A stretch of 64,000 bases of DNA, taken from the NCBI GenBank assembly GCA_002189035.1, contig NEEC01000004.1, forward strand, positions 3,348,001-3,412,000, written 5' to 3'. The notes under the pieces are model-generated. The model did no database searches and was not told where the DNA came from. It worked only from the letters and a program-made list of their open reading frames with translations. The translations under genes and the position numbers were made by a program. Numbering within the stretch: the stretch's first letter is position 1; each line of letters begins with the position of its first letter. This DNA is from Utricularia gibba. Lineage: Eukaryota; Plantae; Magnoliophyta. Below are positions 25,754 through 39,363 of this stretch, piece after piece.

Positions 25754-28166
25754 TTGTGTATCAGGTTTTCTGATGACACAGCCAACGAATTAAAGCCAAC
25801 TATGATTAATTTTCTGCCTAAGTACTATGGAAAGGTGGGAGAAAACCCACATGAACATCTAGACAACGTCACTGCTGTTTGCACCTCTTTTAAGAGTGGT
25901 GGGATGACTGAGGATGCCATCTATTTGAGGGCATTCGAATTTACACTAGAGGGAAATGCAAAAATATGGTTCAATTCGCTGAAGCCTAGAAGCATCATAG
26001 ACTGGTCAGGGATGAAGAAGGTGTTTCTCAGCAAGTATTTTCCTGCTTCCAAGGTTGAAGGGATACGAAAGGAGATCAGTGACATTGAGCAAACAAGTGG
26101 AGAATCTCTACATGAATATTGGGAGCGATTTAATCAATTGCTCAGATCTTGTCCTCACCATGGTTTTCAATCTGCTTCCTTGGTGAAGTATTTTTATGAT
26201 GGATTGTTATATTCTGATAGAGGAATGGTGGATTCAGCAGCTGGAGGATTTTTGAGAAAAAAGATGCCAACGAAAGCTCTTGCATTGCTTGAGAAGTTGG
26301 CTGAGCACTTCAGACATATCATCAGGAAGCAAGCTTCGAACAAGAGAATTTGTGAGGTGGAGTGCAAGCTAAAACCATCATAAAGTGAGCTCATGAAGAA
26401 TGTTGCTGCAATGTTTGAGATGATGAAGGAGTTATTTTTATTCCAAGCTAAGAATACACCATGCGGGAACTGTCGCAAACTTGGACATCTTGCTGATAAA
26501 TGTCCAAAGTTGTTCCAAAAGGAGCACGTCAAAGCTATGGGGGATTCAGAGCTTCAACTCAAGGGAAAATATGACACATATTCGAACACTTACAATCCAG
26601 GTTGGAGAAACACCCAAACTTTCATTAGAATAACAATGATGATATGTACAAGGGAGAAAGTTCAAGTATGGGGCAACAAAATCTCCAATGGAATTTTCAA
26701 GAGCAGCAGTAACGTTCATTTCAACCTCCACCATTTCAAAAACAAGTCTAGCAACCTCACTGCCAAAATAATGCTGGAGGAAATTCTGGGAATTCTTTAG
26801 AAGAGATGCTGAAAATGTTTATGGTGCAATCAACCAAAAATGAAGTGGAGAATTGATAAGCCATCAAGAATTTGGAGACTCAAGTGACTCAATTGGCACT
26901 GGAGCTTGGAGAATTAAAGAAGAAAGGAGAGCCAACAACGTCATATTCAAATTCTGGTGGAAAAATGAATTGCAGCACCATGACATTGAGGAACATAAAG
27001 GGGAAGCCAGATAGGAATTTAGTCCAATCTGGGACTAAAACTGACGAGAAGCAAGAATTTTGTGTTGCGGTTGGAGACAAGGAAGAAGTGATGGCTCATC
27101 GAGAACTTACTAAAGAAGAGATTATTCAACCACTTCTTTCTGGTAAGTTGGAAACAAAAGAAGAATAGGATGAGAAGGAGAAGATTTTAAAGTTTTTGGG
27201 TAATACTCAACTTAATTTGAATATTTTGGACTACATTTCCATGGTGCCACGAAGTGTCAAATATTTGAAACACCTTTGCATGTCCAAACCCAAGATGAAG
27301 GAAAAAGGAAAGGTATTTTTAAGTGAGATTTGTTCAACCTTCATCACCCAAAAACTTCCAGAAAAATGCAAGGATCTAGTTTATGAAGCCTTAGATTGAG
27401 ACCTTTGCAAACTGTTGGAGTACAAATTGAATTGACAAATCGATGCCTAATTTCTCCCAAAGGGTTGGTAGAAGATGTGTTAATTCAAATTGAAGATCTG
27501 ATATTTCCAGCTGATTATTATGTGGTCAATATACCTGCTGGAGGATCAAAGGATACTACCATAGTTTTAGGAAGACCATTTTTTAGCACATCCAATGTTA
27601 TTATCAATGTGAAAATGAGGACAATTGAATTGTCTCTTCATAAAGAGAGGATTTTACTTGAGGTGAAAGATGTGATAGAAAATCCTAGTGATTTTGAAGA
27701 TATTTGTTCTATGGAATCAACTGAAGTATTTGTTGAAGAACATATAGAGAGAGAAGATGACAAGAAAGAAAAAGAATATGAAGAAGTCTTTATTGAAGAA
27801 TCAAATGCTGGGGTTTTGGTTGATGTTGAGAAGAAAAATTACAGGGTTAGTCTTATCTTGGACCAAGAATCAACATTGATTGAAGGATTCATCCAAGATC
27901 CAAAAGAAATTTTGGATAATGTTGAAGGGGAGAATGTTTGTATTAATTACTTCAAGAAAATTGAAAGATCTGAAGATGCTTACATGGTTACAAAAACATG
28001 TCCTGACAAACAGTTACTCCTAGGTAAGACTATAACTTGGAAACGAGGTTCTACTGATATTGTTAATTTTATTGATGCAGGAATTGTACCAATTGGGAAC
28101 AAATGCAATGAAAAGAACATGTGTTTCAATGAGGAAGAATCTAACATTTGGGATGATCCATACTAG
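25754..28166 (+). pseudogene. gag-protease of element B with an RNaseH/integrase linker remnant
   Basis: FLPKYYGKVGENPHEHL...AFEFTLEGNAK (gag), CGNCRKLGHLADKC (CCHC knuckle), PKGLVEDVLIQIEDLIFPADY...LGRPF (protease region), then CPDKQLL...DIVNFIDAG...WDDPY. Confidence 0.85.
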
Positions 28167-28458
28167 TGGAGGCGATGCAAAGATAGAGTATTCAATATGA
28201 TGAACAACTCTTGTAAAACTTTTGAGAATGAGGCCCATGATGTTGCTAATGATATGGTATTGAAAGATACAACAAAAACGTAGGCTCAAATAAAGTCTAG
28301 TTCAAGACTGGAAACAGGGACGCTCTTGGAAGGTAATCCAAGTTTAATTTCTGTTAGTTTTATTTTCCTGACATTTTATTTTGTACTTTTAGACTAAGCT
28401 AGGAGTTATTTTGTTTTGTTGCGTTTCTGATAAGAAGAAAGGGAAATCACAGCAAAAA

Positions 28459-29552
28459 ATGACCAGCAAGGGCATCCCCAACTTTAAGCAACATGTAGAA
28501 ATGCTCAACCTCAAGTACCTATACTTTGATGAAGAAGAATTCACAGCCAGGTACAATGTGGTAAAAGGGGCAAGGGTGCTGCCTTGTCGAGTCATAGATT
28601 TCGAAATATTGGTAGAATTGGGCATAGTTACAGAAGTTCACTCAATTTTAGAGGATTCTGCACTGCTTGTTTTATATGATTTGAACCGTCCTTCTTATGT
28701 TGAATTGATGTATGAATTTGCTTCTACCTTTTGTTATGAGAAACCAGAAATTGTGTTTGCACCATCAGCCATCACGTATAAATTGGTAGGAAAGAATTTC
28801 TCATTATCAATTGCTGAATGGAATGTAGCATTAGGTTTTTGTACAGAAAACCATGTTGAATCCCATGAATTTGCTACTTCATTGTTTGACTACCTTGATG
28901 ATTTTGATGCTGAAGAAGTTTATGAAATTTTAACTGATAAACATGTGATAGAATTTAAATCCAAAGGGACAAAAGCTGATTTATTTACAGACCCTGCTAT
29001 GCGATATGTCCACTTGCTTGTTTCTGCTGTGCTGTTTGGTAGGGCATTAGGATTTAATTCTCTGTACAAACGTGATTTGTTTGTCATGTGGTGCTTGTTG
29101 CACAAGAAACCCTTGAATTTATGGGCGATTTGAGTAGAGCAAATGAATAGGGAATATCAAAGGAATACCATAAATCATCTTGGGTTCGGTAATGTTGTTA
29201 CTTTTCTTGCTCAAACGTTATGCTTTGATAAAATTTCTGAATTTCTGAGTTAGAATTCCTGCATGTAGAAATGAAACTAGAACCTCTTAATGCTCATTTT
29301 CTTAAAACTGCTGGACTAATTCGTGCACGAGGAAGTGGATTTGCTTTTAAGTCTATTGCAGGACTTTGTGGGGAGGCACCTCCAGTGAAAGAAAAGGGAA
29401 AAATCCCTGATCAGCCAGCCATGACCCGAAGGAATGAGAAAGATTGCTGCTGCAAGGAGCGACATGACATGGTTTATGACAAGCTTGGGCATTTGCTAAG
29501 GGAAGTGAAAGAGTTGAAACATGGAGTGAAGGACTCCTCCCTGATCAAGTAA
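28459..29552 (+). pseudogene. Athila env-like additional ORF of element B
   Basis: ORFs 28411-29133 (first ATG at 28459) and 29271-29552; homologous to element A 12.4-13.5 kb. Confidence 0.75.
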
Positions 29553-30413
29553 CATCGCTGCATTGCTTTAGTTTTATTTTTATTTTTACTTTTATGGCAT
29601 TAGTCTAAGTTAAGAGTAATTTAGTAGTGCAACGTTATGGTCAGGAGAATTTTGTGAATGGTTGAGGAATTTTCTTACAAGCGTGAGATGTGTTTCATGA
29701 TGCACGAAATGCATGAATTTTGTTATAGCTATTTATGAACGAGTGAGCATGTTTTCCCTTGATTATTTCCATGAGGTAGCAACATGTTCAATGTAATCGG
29801 ATTGGTGCATTCAAGATTTTTTTTAACCAAAGTGGCATGTGTTGATCCTTCATGGAAGATTGGTTGTCACGAAATCTGCAGATAGCAAAAACAAAAGGAT
29901 CAGAAAAGCATCATCACCAGAAAACCGATGAGACACACGTCTTGAAAAGCAACACACAACAAAAGAGCGTGTGTAGACAACTTAGAGGAGTAGAAGGGAC
30001 CCTTGGAGGAATAAGGAGGAAAGTGAATTGCCCACACTCACATACAAATTGGGGAAGCAATAATTACCTGAGTTGCACTCTAAATTCTCAATGGTCTCGA
30101 TCTCTATAGAAAGAAAAAAAAAGAAAGAGAATGAAAAAAGAAGAAAAAAAAAAGCAATAGTGACAATCAGTATTCATTAGAGGTAAGCACATACTATTTT
30201 TGTTCATTTAATCTTCGAAGACACCTTTCAGGATGAAACTGTCATGTATGCTTGACTGGCACCCTCACATGCACAATGGCACCCCTTCAATTCATGCATT
30301 TTGTGCTGAATGTTAATCATCCTTATTGCTACGTAGGGGATCCATTAACTATTTATCTTCTGTTAGTCTTAGTTAGGACTTGAGGACAAGTCTAATATTG
30401 TTGTAGCATAATG

Positions 30414-31514
30414 TGATAACACATATTTTTGAATGATGGAGTATATGGAAATTACTCATATTGTGCTACAAAAATCATGTTTTATTGCCTAATTCTATAT
30501 TTTTGTGCATAGTATCGTAGTTATGTTATTTTAATCTTAGTTGGGACTAAATCACAGATCCTAAGGAGTCGAATATGAACAGTGTAGTGGTAGAGGATGA
30601 GGCAGAAGTCTGAAAAGAAGTACACACAAAATCCAAGGAGGAGAAAAATAGAGATTTTGAACAAAAAGGGGGAACAGATGGAGAGAGAAAGCAGATCTTC
30701 CATTGGAGTCTCATGAACAACTTTCTAAAGAAGGTTTCTGGGGGGTAGAAGAAGGAAGAGAATGACAAATCAGAAGAACACAGTTTCTCTTTAAAGATTT
30801 ATTTTTCGTTCTTGATGTATATTATTCCTAGCTAAGACTAGTTTTAGATTTACTACGTGAACAATTTTTCTTTTCTATTTATATTATGCATTGCTTGTTG
30901 TTATTTAATTTTGAAACCAGAATGTTGCTTAGGATATGCTATGAAAACGTTTTCCTTTCTCTTATCATAAATGGCTAAGTACTTAAGGGGTGCCTTGAGA
31001 TGAAAGGGGGAGAAATATGCTAATCAATCTTTAGCCCTAATCAGTCATAAGTCACGCCACTTCCTTAACAAACTAGGATAGATCCAAGGAGAGGAAGTAG
31101 TGAAACCCAACTTAACAACCTAATTAGAGGTAGACCAAAGATTATGGGGAAAACAAGAATCCGGGTAGACCTAAATCTTGTGGGTTAGTTGTTTGATTTA
31201 TGGTTTGTGTGAACTTCTTTAGTGATAAGCATACATCCCCTAGGAGTTCCAAGGTATCACCCATTTCATTTTAGAAACAACTGTATTCCAAAACTTGTTA
31301 CTTTTCTTTATTGCATTCCATCCTTAGTTCTAGTTAAAACCAATTTTACCAACGTGACACTGATTTCATGCATGCATAGCAAGCACCTACTCTTCGTGTT
31401 CGACCCTAATCACTATGCTCATAATTGTTTTATGCTTAAATATGTATTAGGTTATAAATTTAATTGATAGGAGAAATTTGCATTTAACGACATTGCAAAA
31501 TTTTTCGTTTATCA
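30414..31514 (+). repeat. 3' LTR of element B
   Basis: TGATAACACATATTTTTG ... TTTTTCGTTTATCA. Has a deletion of about 60 bp relative to the 5' LTR. By eye about 13% of positions differ over the first 140 bp. Confidence 0.9.
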
Positions 31515-32187
31515 CATACCACTGTCACAAGAAAAATACATTATGTTTTGATCATCCAAACTAACCGAGACAAATCCAAAATGCTAAAACACATGAAAAT
31601 TGATGAAAGCATATCAAAAACAAAAAATAATAGAAACAAGAAAATGATAAATCTTGAAAATGTGAATTCTGTAAAATCTATGAAAAACGAATAAATATAG
31701 GTTAATGCGAGAAAATTGAAAGAAGGAATTTTAGTATCTACTGCAGCCCTAATTCTTTGCATTCAAGATGTTAGAGTACTTTATTTTGTCGAGAATAAAC
31801 TATATCAAAGAAGCATAGGAGATGCTTGAAGAAGAGAAAAGGAGTTGGCTGGCATTTAGGATAAGTATATCCTATCTCGTAGGGTGGGATATTTAAATTC
31901 TAAAAATTAAAAATTTTAAATTTTAATATTAGTCCTAGATAATTTTATTTCATTTACGAAACACGGGATTTTAATATAATTATCAATATATCACATTTAA
32001 TGCTATCAATCAAGCACATCCTTAGGTTCAATATAGTTATGATTTCTTCAAATTAAAATAAAATGGATATATAATAATTCAGGTTGCACATACAAAAAAA
32101 AAGGGGGAAGTTTAGAGAATTCGGGCATTGAATTTTTTTTATATGAATATAACTAAAGGTACCTCGTGCTAGTTTATAGCCTGAATG

Positions 32188-32288
32188 TGGGCTGGGCCAG
32201 TTGTACGAATGCAAAATAAATATAGGGCCATTAAGGTTAACGGCTTGAGGCCCATATATTTGCTGGGTTACAGGCTATAGTTGGCCCA
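32188..32288 (+). promoter_or_regulatory. Cluster of site II (TCP-type) elements upstream of BMS1
   Basis: TGGGCT (32188), TGGGCC (32193), GGCCCA (32249, 32283), 140-240 bp before the ATG. Such clusters are typical of plant ribosome-biogenesis promoters. Confidence 0.5.
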
Positions 32289-32428
32289 AGCTTGTCTCTC
32301 CTCGGGTACGGTTCTTCTTCCTCCAGCGTGCGCCTCCGTTGTCTCTGCTTGGTTCCGTCATCTGCACATTTTTGAGAGTTGAATGGGAGTATACTTTTAA
32401 CGTTTCAAGATCTGAACTGGAATAAGGG

Positions 32429-35400
32429 ATGGGAAACGAAGAGAAAAACGAGCAGGGTCACAAATCCCATAGGTCTCGAAAATCTGGCGCTTCCGCGAAG
32501 AAGAAAAAGACCAAGTCCAATACAAATGCAAGTGAGAATCTTACCAAAGAGCAGAAGAAGCAAAACAATCCCAAGGTCGTGTTTTTGGGAAACTGTGTTT
32601 TCTTTCTTCCTTTCTTATTTGGTTTAAAGGAATTCTAGTTTCGTTCTGACTGCCTGCATTCAGTGAGTTTCTTACAACCTCAGTGGTCTGTTATTCACTT
32701 GAATCATGCCTTCGATGAGAAATCAGGGTATTCATTGATCTCATGCTTAGGGGGGAGTTTTCTAGAGTGGTTTGTGCGCGAATTTTCTGTAGAAACCATC
32801 TGCTTCATTTGTTACCTGCTATGTGATGGCTGTATTTTTGCATTTTTTATGTCGCTTTTGAACATAATGCAATAGTGAATGCACTATCTGGAGTAATTGA
32901 GCGTATATGATTTTTGCACTATCTGTACTCTTGAAAGTGCATTCCTTTACATGATGATGGCATCAATATGCGAGATTACGTTTTTTTTAAGGTAAAATAA
33001 GTTTGATCAAGTCAAATATTCCTTTTGCATTGTTTATCTCTATGCTGAGGAAATGCATAGATTGCAATTCGGTTTTTCGTTAGTCTTTTAAGTTCAATGA
33101 TACAAGCGATAAACTTTTTTCCACGGGGCAGCATAGGATTTTCAGGCTTCAGTTCCGAAAATCTTAATTCGTCATGTGAATTTTTCAGGCATTTGCATTT
33201 AAGTCTGCAGTAAAAGCTAAGCGGCTGCACGCACGTGCTACAGAGAAGGAGCAGAAAGGGCTTCATGTACCCATTGTTGATCGTTCTACTGGTGAACCTG
33301 CTCCCTTTGTTGTTGTAGTTCAAGGACCTCCAAAGGTTTGTGCTATTAGAGGCCTTTCATTCCGTGTATGCTGTTTTTCTTTTTTTTTTTTTGACCCCTA
33401 AAAATGAATCTTTTATTTTTGAATTGTAGGTTGGGAAGTCACTGTTAATTAAATGTTTGGTTAAACATTATACAAAACAGAACTTACCAGAAGTCCGTGG
33501 ACCAATTACCATTGTATCAGGTTTGCCGTTGTATCAGTCTCGTTCTTATGGGGAGTTGAATTGGTTTACTAATTTTTCATAATAGCAACAAATGTTCATG
33601 AGTACGTCTTATTTTCGTGATACAGGAAAGCAGAGGCGGCTGCAGTTTGTTGAGTGCCCAAATGACATTAATGGGATGATTGACTGTGCTAAGTTTGCAG
33701 ATTTGGCAATACTTGTTATTGATGGAGGTTATGGATTCGAAATGGTAAGCACCTGTCTGCATGCTGCATCTTTTTTTGTGGTACTTCTTGTAGTGTTGGA
33801 TGATATGATATTACTCACAGGAGTGATTTTTCGTTGCAGATGCATAGTCATTTTTTTGAGTGATCCTTTCCGATTAAACATTCATTACTAACTTTTCCCC
33901 AAAAAATTTAAGTCATAATACAGTTCACGAACGTCTTATGAGAAAGTTTTTTGTACTTTAGTTGATATGCAATTGTTTATGCTGATTTACCCCAAACATT
34001 GTTTCTTGATTAATTTTAAACTTTAAAAGTACTTGTACGTTTTTTGGGTTGAAAAGGATCTTTCTGCTTACCATTACACGTTGCAGTCCTGAGCAATGAT
34101 TCTGAGTTTCAATCCAACACAATTTGCAGGAGACTTTTGAATTCCTTAACATAATGAAAAATCATGGTTTTCCTAGAGTCATGGGTGTTCTTACACATAT
34201 AGATAAATTCAAGGATGTAAAGAAACTTCGTAAAACAAAGCAGCGCTTGAAGCATCGGTTCTGGACTGAGATTTATGATGGTGCCAAACTTTTTTACCTA
34301 TCGGGCCTTGAGTATGGAAAGTAAGATTACATCATACCTCCTACAGTGATATATTGGCAAACCGTCATATCTCTTCACATGGATTTTTCTGATAGGTATC
34401 AAAAACGAGAAGTGCATAATCTTGCAAGGTTTATATCGGTCATGAAATTCCCACCTTTGTCTTGGAGAGTGTCTCATCCTTATGTACTAGTGGATCGTTT
34501 TGAAGATATGACTCCTCCAGAGAAGGTGCAGACAAATAGAAAATGTGATAGAAATGTTACCTTTTATGGATATCTGCGGGGCTGTAACTTGAAGAAGGAC
34601 ATTAGGGTACGGATATACCTTGCTTTGTTTTTATGCATTTTCATTTTTTCCTGTTTAAGCATGCCATAAAGAACTCGCTTGCCCAGATCATTATATCATT
34701 CTATATGTTAACTGAAGTCCTAAATCTGCCCAAAGATGCAATGCTTGTGTTTTTTTTCCTAGTTTGTAGATTATTGGAAAAAAGGTTATATCATTGCTAA
34801 TGTTTTGATGATACTGCTTACCATTGCGTTTTCAAGTTTCTTATTTGGAAGTTTCAATCGTTACGCTGTTCAATTTCTAAAGGTTTCAGGTTCACGTGGT
34901 CTAAATATTAGCTTTATATTTTGAAGTTTTGTTACCTTATGAAAAACATTCCTTCATGGATCAGGTGCATATAGCTGGTGCAGGAGATTACACAGTGTCT
35001 GGAGTTACTGCACTGACAGATCCCTGCCCTTTACCTTCAGCTGCCAAAAAGAAAGGATTACGTGATAAAGAGAAGTTATTTTATGCTCCTATGTCTGGAC
35101 TAGGAGACCTCCTCTACGATAAGGACGCTGTTTATATAAATATAAATGACAGATTCGTTGACTTCTCTAAGGATGAAGAAGTCAAGAAAGGTGACTTTTT
35201 AAAAAATGTGATCCCATAATAGCTGTCATGTCATTTTTTACCATGTGAATCGTTATCCTTTTTTATGAAAAATTGGTTATTCTTACTAAATTTTCTTACT
35301 TGAACCAGCGCTGTTGTCAAGAATTATCTTTTGTTTGCCTTTTTTAATCATTCATTGTTGTTTATTCGTGTTCTCTTCTAAACTTTGATTCGTACATCCA

Positions 35401-38400
35401 GGTGACCTGCGGTATATAGGAGTTGGAATGGTGAAAACTCTGCAGAACCTGAAGCAACCGATTGATGAAAATTTGAGCAGAAGTGTCAGCAATCTTTTTG
35501 GAAAAAATCATCATTTATCTTCTGTCACTCAAAGTCATGTAGAGGGTGGTTCAGATCAAAGATGCTCTTTAGAGCCTCAGGTGCATTATGAATCAGATGA
35601 GGAAAATGAACAGATCGCAGGTTCTGGTGTTGATACTAGTTTTTATTACCTGGGTTTTTTTTTTTTTCTTTTTTCACTTGAAGTCTCTTACAAAAGTTCA
35701 TTCTCAGAAGCAATGAACCAGAGTTCTGATGAGGAAGCACGCCCCTTTTCAGAGCAGAAAGCTTCTTCAGACGGCAAATTTAGAGTAGAGATTGATTATC
35801 ATGAAGGAAGGGTTAGGAGGAAAGTTGTCTCTGAGGATGTACTGGATTTGGATACCCCAGATGTACTTTCACTTGAACTGTTTGATTTTTTAAGGTTATG
35901 TAGATATCCAATTCATCTTTAAAATTTGGAAGCAGGGCATGGATGTAGATGAGGATTGCAGCACTGAAACTGATGAGGACAACGATGATTTTGAAGATTC
36001 TGGTTATGGAGAAGAGATGGAAGGCAGCATGGAGGACATTTCTCACCCTGATTTTGCATTGGAGCAAAGTGATAATGGTTTGTTTTTCACTAAGTTCACA
36101 AATTTGACTTTCAAAAGTGCCATTGGAAGGCCACTGCAATCCTTGATAATGGCGTGTGTGTTTCTCAAAATAAAAAAAAAAAAAAACCAAGTGTGGCTGG
36201 ATGAAATTTATTTTCATTTTTTTAATTGGAATGCCAATGCCAATGCATGAAACTCTTTTAGCAGAGTTGGGAAATGCCGCCAAGTGGAGGGAATCCCTCG
36301 CTGAACGAGCTGCTTCTAGAAAAAATGTAAACGTCATGCAACTTGTTTATGGAGAAGGTGTTCCAAAATCATCTGATCATAGGAATGAGACCGAAGATGA
36401 AAGTGAGGATGATGAATTCTTCAAGCCTAAAGTGGAAAAAATCAAGGTTTTCTTTCATGTTTTTTATGGACTTTCAAGGATTCTTTTTTTTTTTTTTTCA
36501 ATTTCACTCTCAACGATTCTTGATACACATTTCCATATCTGTCTTATGATTCTTTTCCCGCCTGTATGATTCCGTGCAGAAGGAAAAAGAAGTAGTCAGT
36601 GACCATGATGTGGACGCTGATGACTGCTCGAAGTTTGTAAGGAATAGCATCCTGGAAGATCGGAATGTTGATGCTCTGATTGCTGGTGTTCGTGATCGTT
36701 TTGTAACTGGAGATTGGTCAAAGGCATCTTTAAGAAATCAAATGCCGGAGGGCAACCCAGCTGATGGGGGAGACAGTGATGAGGTGTTTGGTGAATTTGA
36801 AGACTTAGAAACTGGTGAAACACATAACAACCATGGAGATCATACTGTTGATTCCAAGGCCGAGGAGCGAAGGCTTAAAAAGTTGGCACTTCGTGCCAAA
36901 TTTGATGCCCCATATCCTTTCATTTGCTTCGCTACTCTTTTTTTCGGGGGGGGGGGTGCGCACTATTCACGTTTTATGTGTTTTTTTAGTCAAGTAATAG
37001 GATCGCCTCAAGGTTTTTTACTTTCTCATATGATGACTTCAAAGTTGTTAATTTTTATTTGCATCCTTAATTCTAGTTTACATTTGAGGGTGCATCACCT
37101 CTTAGTGACACTGAAACTGGAGACAATGATGCGGGATCCAGTCATGGCAAGAGTACTGGAAGTGGATTTTTTGACAAGGTAATTCTTGCCGTAGTCTATT
37201 TTTTTAACCGCATTTACCTGGGAAAGATTTACTGACTGCTCTAGTCCCTGCAGTTAAAGAGTGAGATCGAACTCCAGAAGCAAGTAAACATGGCTGAACT
37301 GGATGAACTGGATGAGGCCACTCGCACTGAGATAGAAGGCTACAGAACTGGAACCTACGTCCGAATTGAAATTCATGACATGCCAGTTGAAATGGTTGAG
37401 AATTTTGATCCTTATCGACCTATTCTACTGGGGGCCTTGCTCTTGGTGAAGAGAATGTTGGATATATGCAGGTTAATAAAACGAAATTGATTTCCTCCTG
37501 GAGAAATCCTGCTCGTTTCCTCACTCCAATTTGTTCTACAGGTAAGGATTAAGCGTCACAGGTGGCACAAAAAGGTGCTGAAAACTAGAGACCCAATAGT
37601 TGTTTCTATTGGATGGAGGCGTTATCAAACTTTACCCATATATGCAATCGAAGACCGTAATGGACGCCTACGCATGCTCAAGTACACTCCAGAACATATG
37701 CATTGTCTTGCCATGTTTTGGGGCCCACTTGCTCCTCCTCATTCCGGGGTGGTGGCTGTTCAGTCTCTGTCCAGCAGTCAGGTAAGCTGTTTTTCATTTG
37801 GACCTAAAATTTCTGTATTGCGAATTTGAGTGGCTGGACTCCTGCTCTTGTTGGCTGTTTGATGGTGAATGAGTTAACGTGTGGATCACCCTGGGCTGGG
37901 TTACGTTATTTATTTACTAATATTTATGACTGCCTTGCGATACACATTTTAATACTGTAACTCCGTAGAATTGTAGAGCTTGTCCTCTTTGTGAGCGATG
38001 GGGCATCAGTTTCTGTGGTAGTTTACTTTGATTCTCATTTTTCGATTGTGGTTGGCTTGTTTCAGGCATCATTCAGGATTTCAGCTACTGCAACAGTCCT
38101 GGAATTTAATCACGCTGCCAAGATCGTGAAGAAAATCAAGCTAGTTGGTTATCCCTGTAAAATCTTCAAGAAGACTGCATTTATCGAGGACATGTTCACT
38201 TCAGATCTTGAAATCGCACGATTTGAAGGTGCGGCGATACGGACTGTCAGTGGCATTCGTGGGCAAGTGAAAAAGGTATGTTATCACCGTGAAACTCTCC
38301 TGAACTTGACAGTTACAGTGCATTAATCTGCGCCTCATCTGATTTCTTAGGCTGCAAAGGAAGAGATCGGCGCCCTGCCCAGCAAAAAAGGTGGATCTGC

Positions 38401-39135
38401 AAAAGAAGGAATTGCAAGATGCACCTTCGAGGATAAAATCAAAATGAGCGACATCGTCTTCTTGCGTGCGTGGACGCAGGTTGAAGTACCTCGCTTCTTC
38501 AGCCCTCTAACGACGGCGTTGCAGCCACATGATAGAGCGTGGCAGGGCATGAAGACGGTCAGCGAACTTCGGAGGGAACATAATATACCGGCACCGGTGA
38601 ACAAGGACTCTTACTACAAGGTAAGAAGCACGCATCACTCGGAATGTGCCTTCTGCAATGGCGTTCTTATCTTCTCTTTCGATTCATATTTGAAGCCTAT
38701 CGAGAGGAAGCCCAAGAAGTTCAATCCATTAGCCATCCCCAAGTCACTTCAGGCAGTTTTGCCGTTTGCCTCCAAGCCAAAGAACGAACCTGCACGACAA
38801 CGCCCTCTCCTCGAATCCAGACGAGCTGTCGTGGTGGAGCCTCATGAACGCAGAGTTCGGAAGCTTGTTCAGCATCTTCGGCTCATCAAAAGCGAAAAGG
38901 TAAACACTACTTGACTACGAATGAACTCTGGCAAAATCGGTTTTCGTTAGTTAATGCACGCGCTGATTCCTCCCTGTAGTCTAAGCAAAAGAAACTGAAA
39001 GAGACTGCGAAGAGGAAACAGCAGGTTGCTGAAAATGCAAAGCAAGAGGTGATAAGGAACAAGAGAAAGAGGGAGGAACGCCGAGAGAGGTACCGAGTGC
39101 AGGAAAAGCAGAAAATGAGGAGGATCAAGACCTGA
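32429..39135 (+). CDS. BMS1: Ribosome biogenesis GTPase BMS1 homologue (multi-exon; one apparent 1-nt frameshift)
   Basis: GPPK|VGKS P-loop, [73 protein letters not shown]. Exons traced from ATG 32429 to TGA 39133-39135. Confidence 0.95.
36912..37081 (+). other. U12-type AT-AC intron in BMS1
   Basis: 5' site ATATCCTTT (36912), branch site TCCTTAAT (37064-37071), 3' AC (37080-37081). Removal gives FDA-P-FEGASP...FFDK in frame with the next exon. Confidence 0.88.
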
Positions 39136-39363
39136 TTCATGGATGGATGGATGGATGGATGGATGACCAAAACCCTAGAAAAATCATCCGGAATTTTGAC
39201 TCATGATGTGCTTTGGCGATTCCATGTCACTTGTCTGAGCAGACAAGCCGCCATGCTGTAAAGCATTTTCCAGCAAACCGCACAACTCGCCATAACACAG
39301 CAATTGTTGTTCAAGTACACTACTGATATGTACACAGAAGACTGGTAGCAAACCGCACAAGTC

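Larger units (their letters stand above)
24331..31514 (+). mobile_element. Athila-type LTR retrotransposon, element B (non-autonomous: gag-PR plus env-like ORF; no RT, RNaseH core or integrase core)
   Basis: Two LTRs, TSD CATAC (24326-24330, 31515-31519), PBS after the 5' LTR, internal region only about 4.9 kb. Confidence 0.92.

Noticed and set aside
31816-32024. Possible Tourist MITE (also 54870-55330)
   Set aside because: Only one convincing terminus in each case; the partner TIR and TSD are too degenerate to support.
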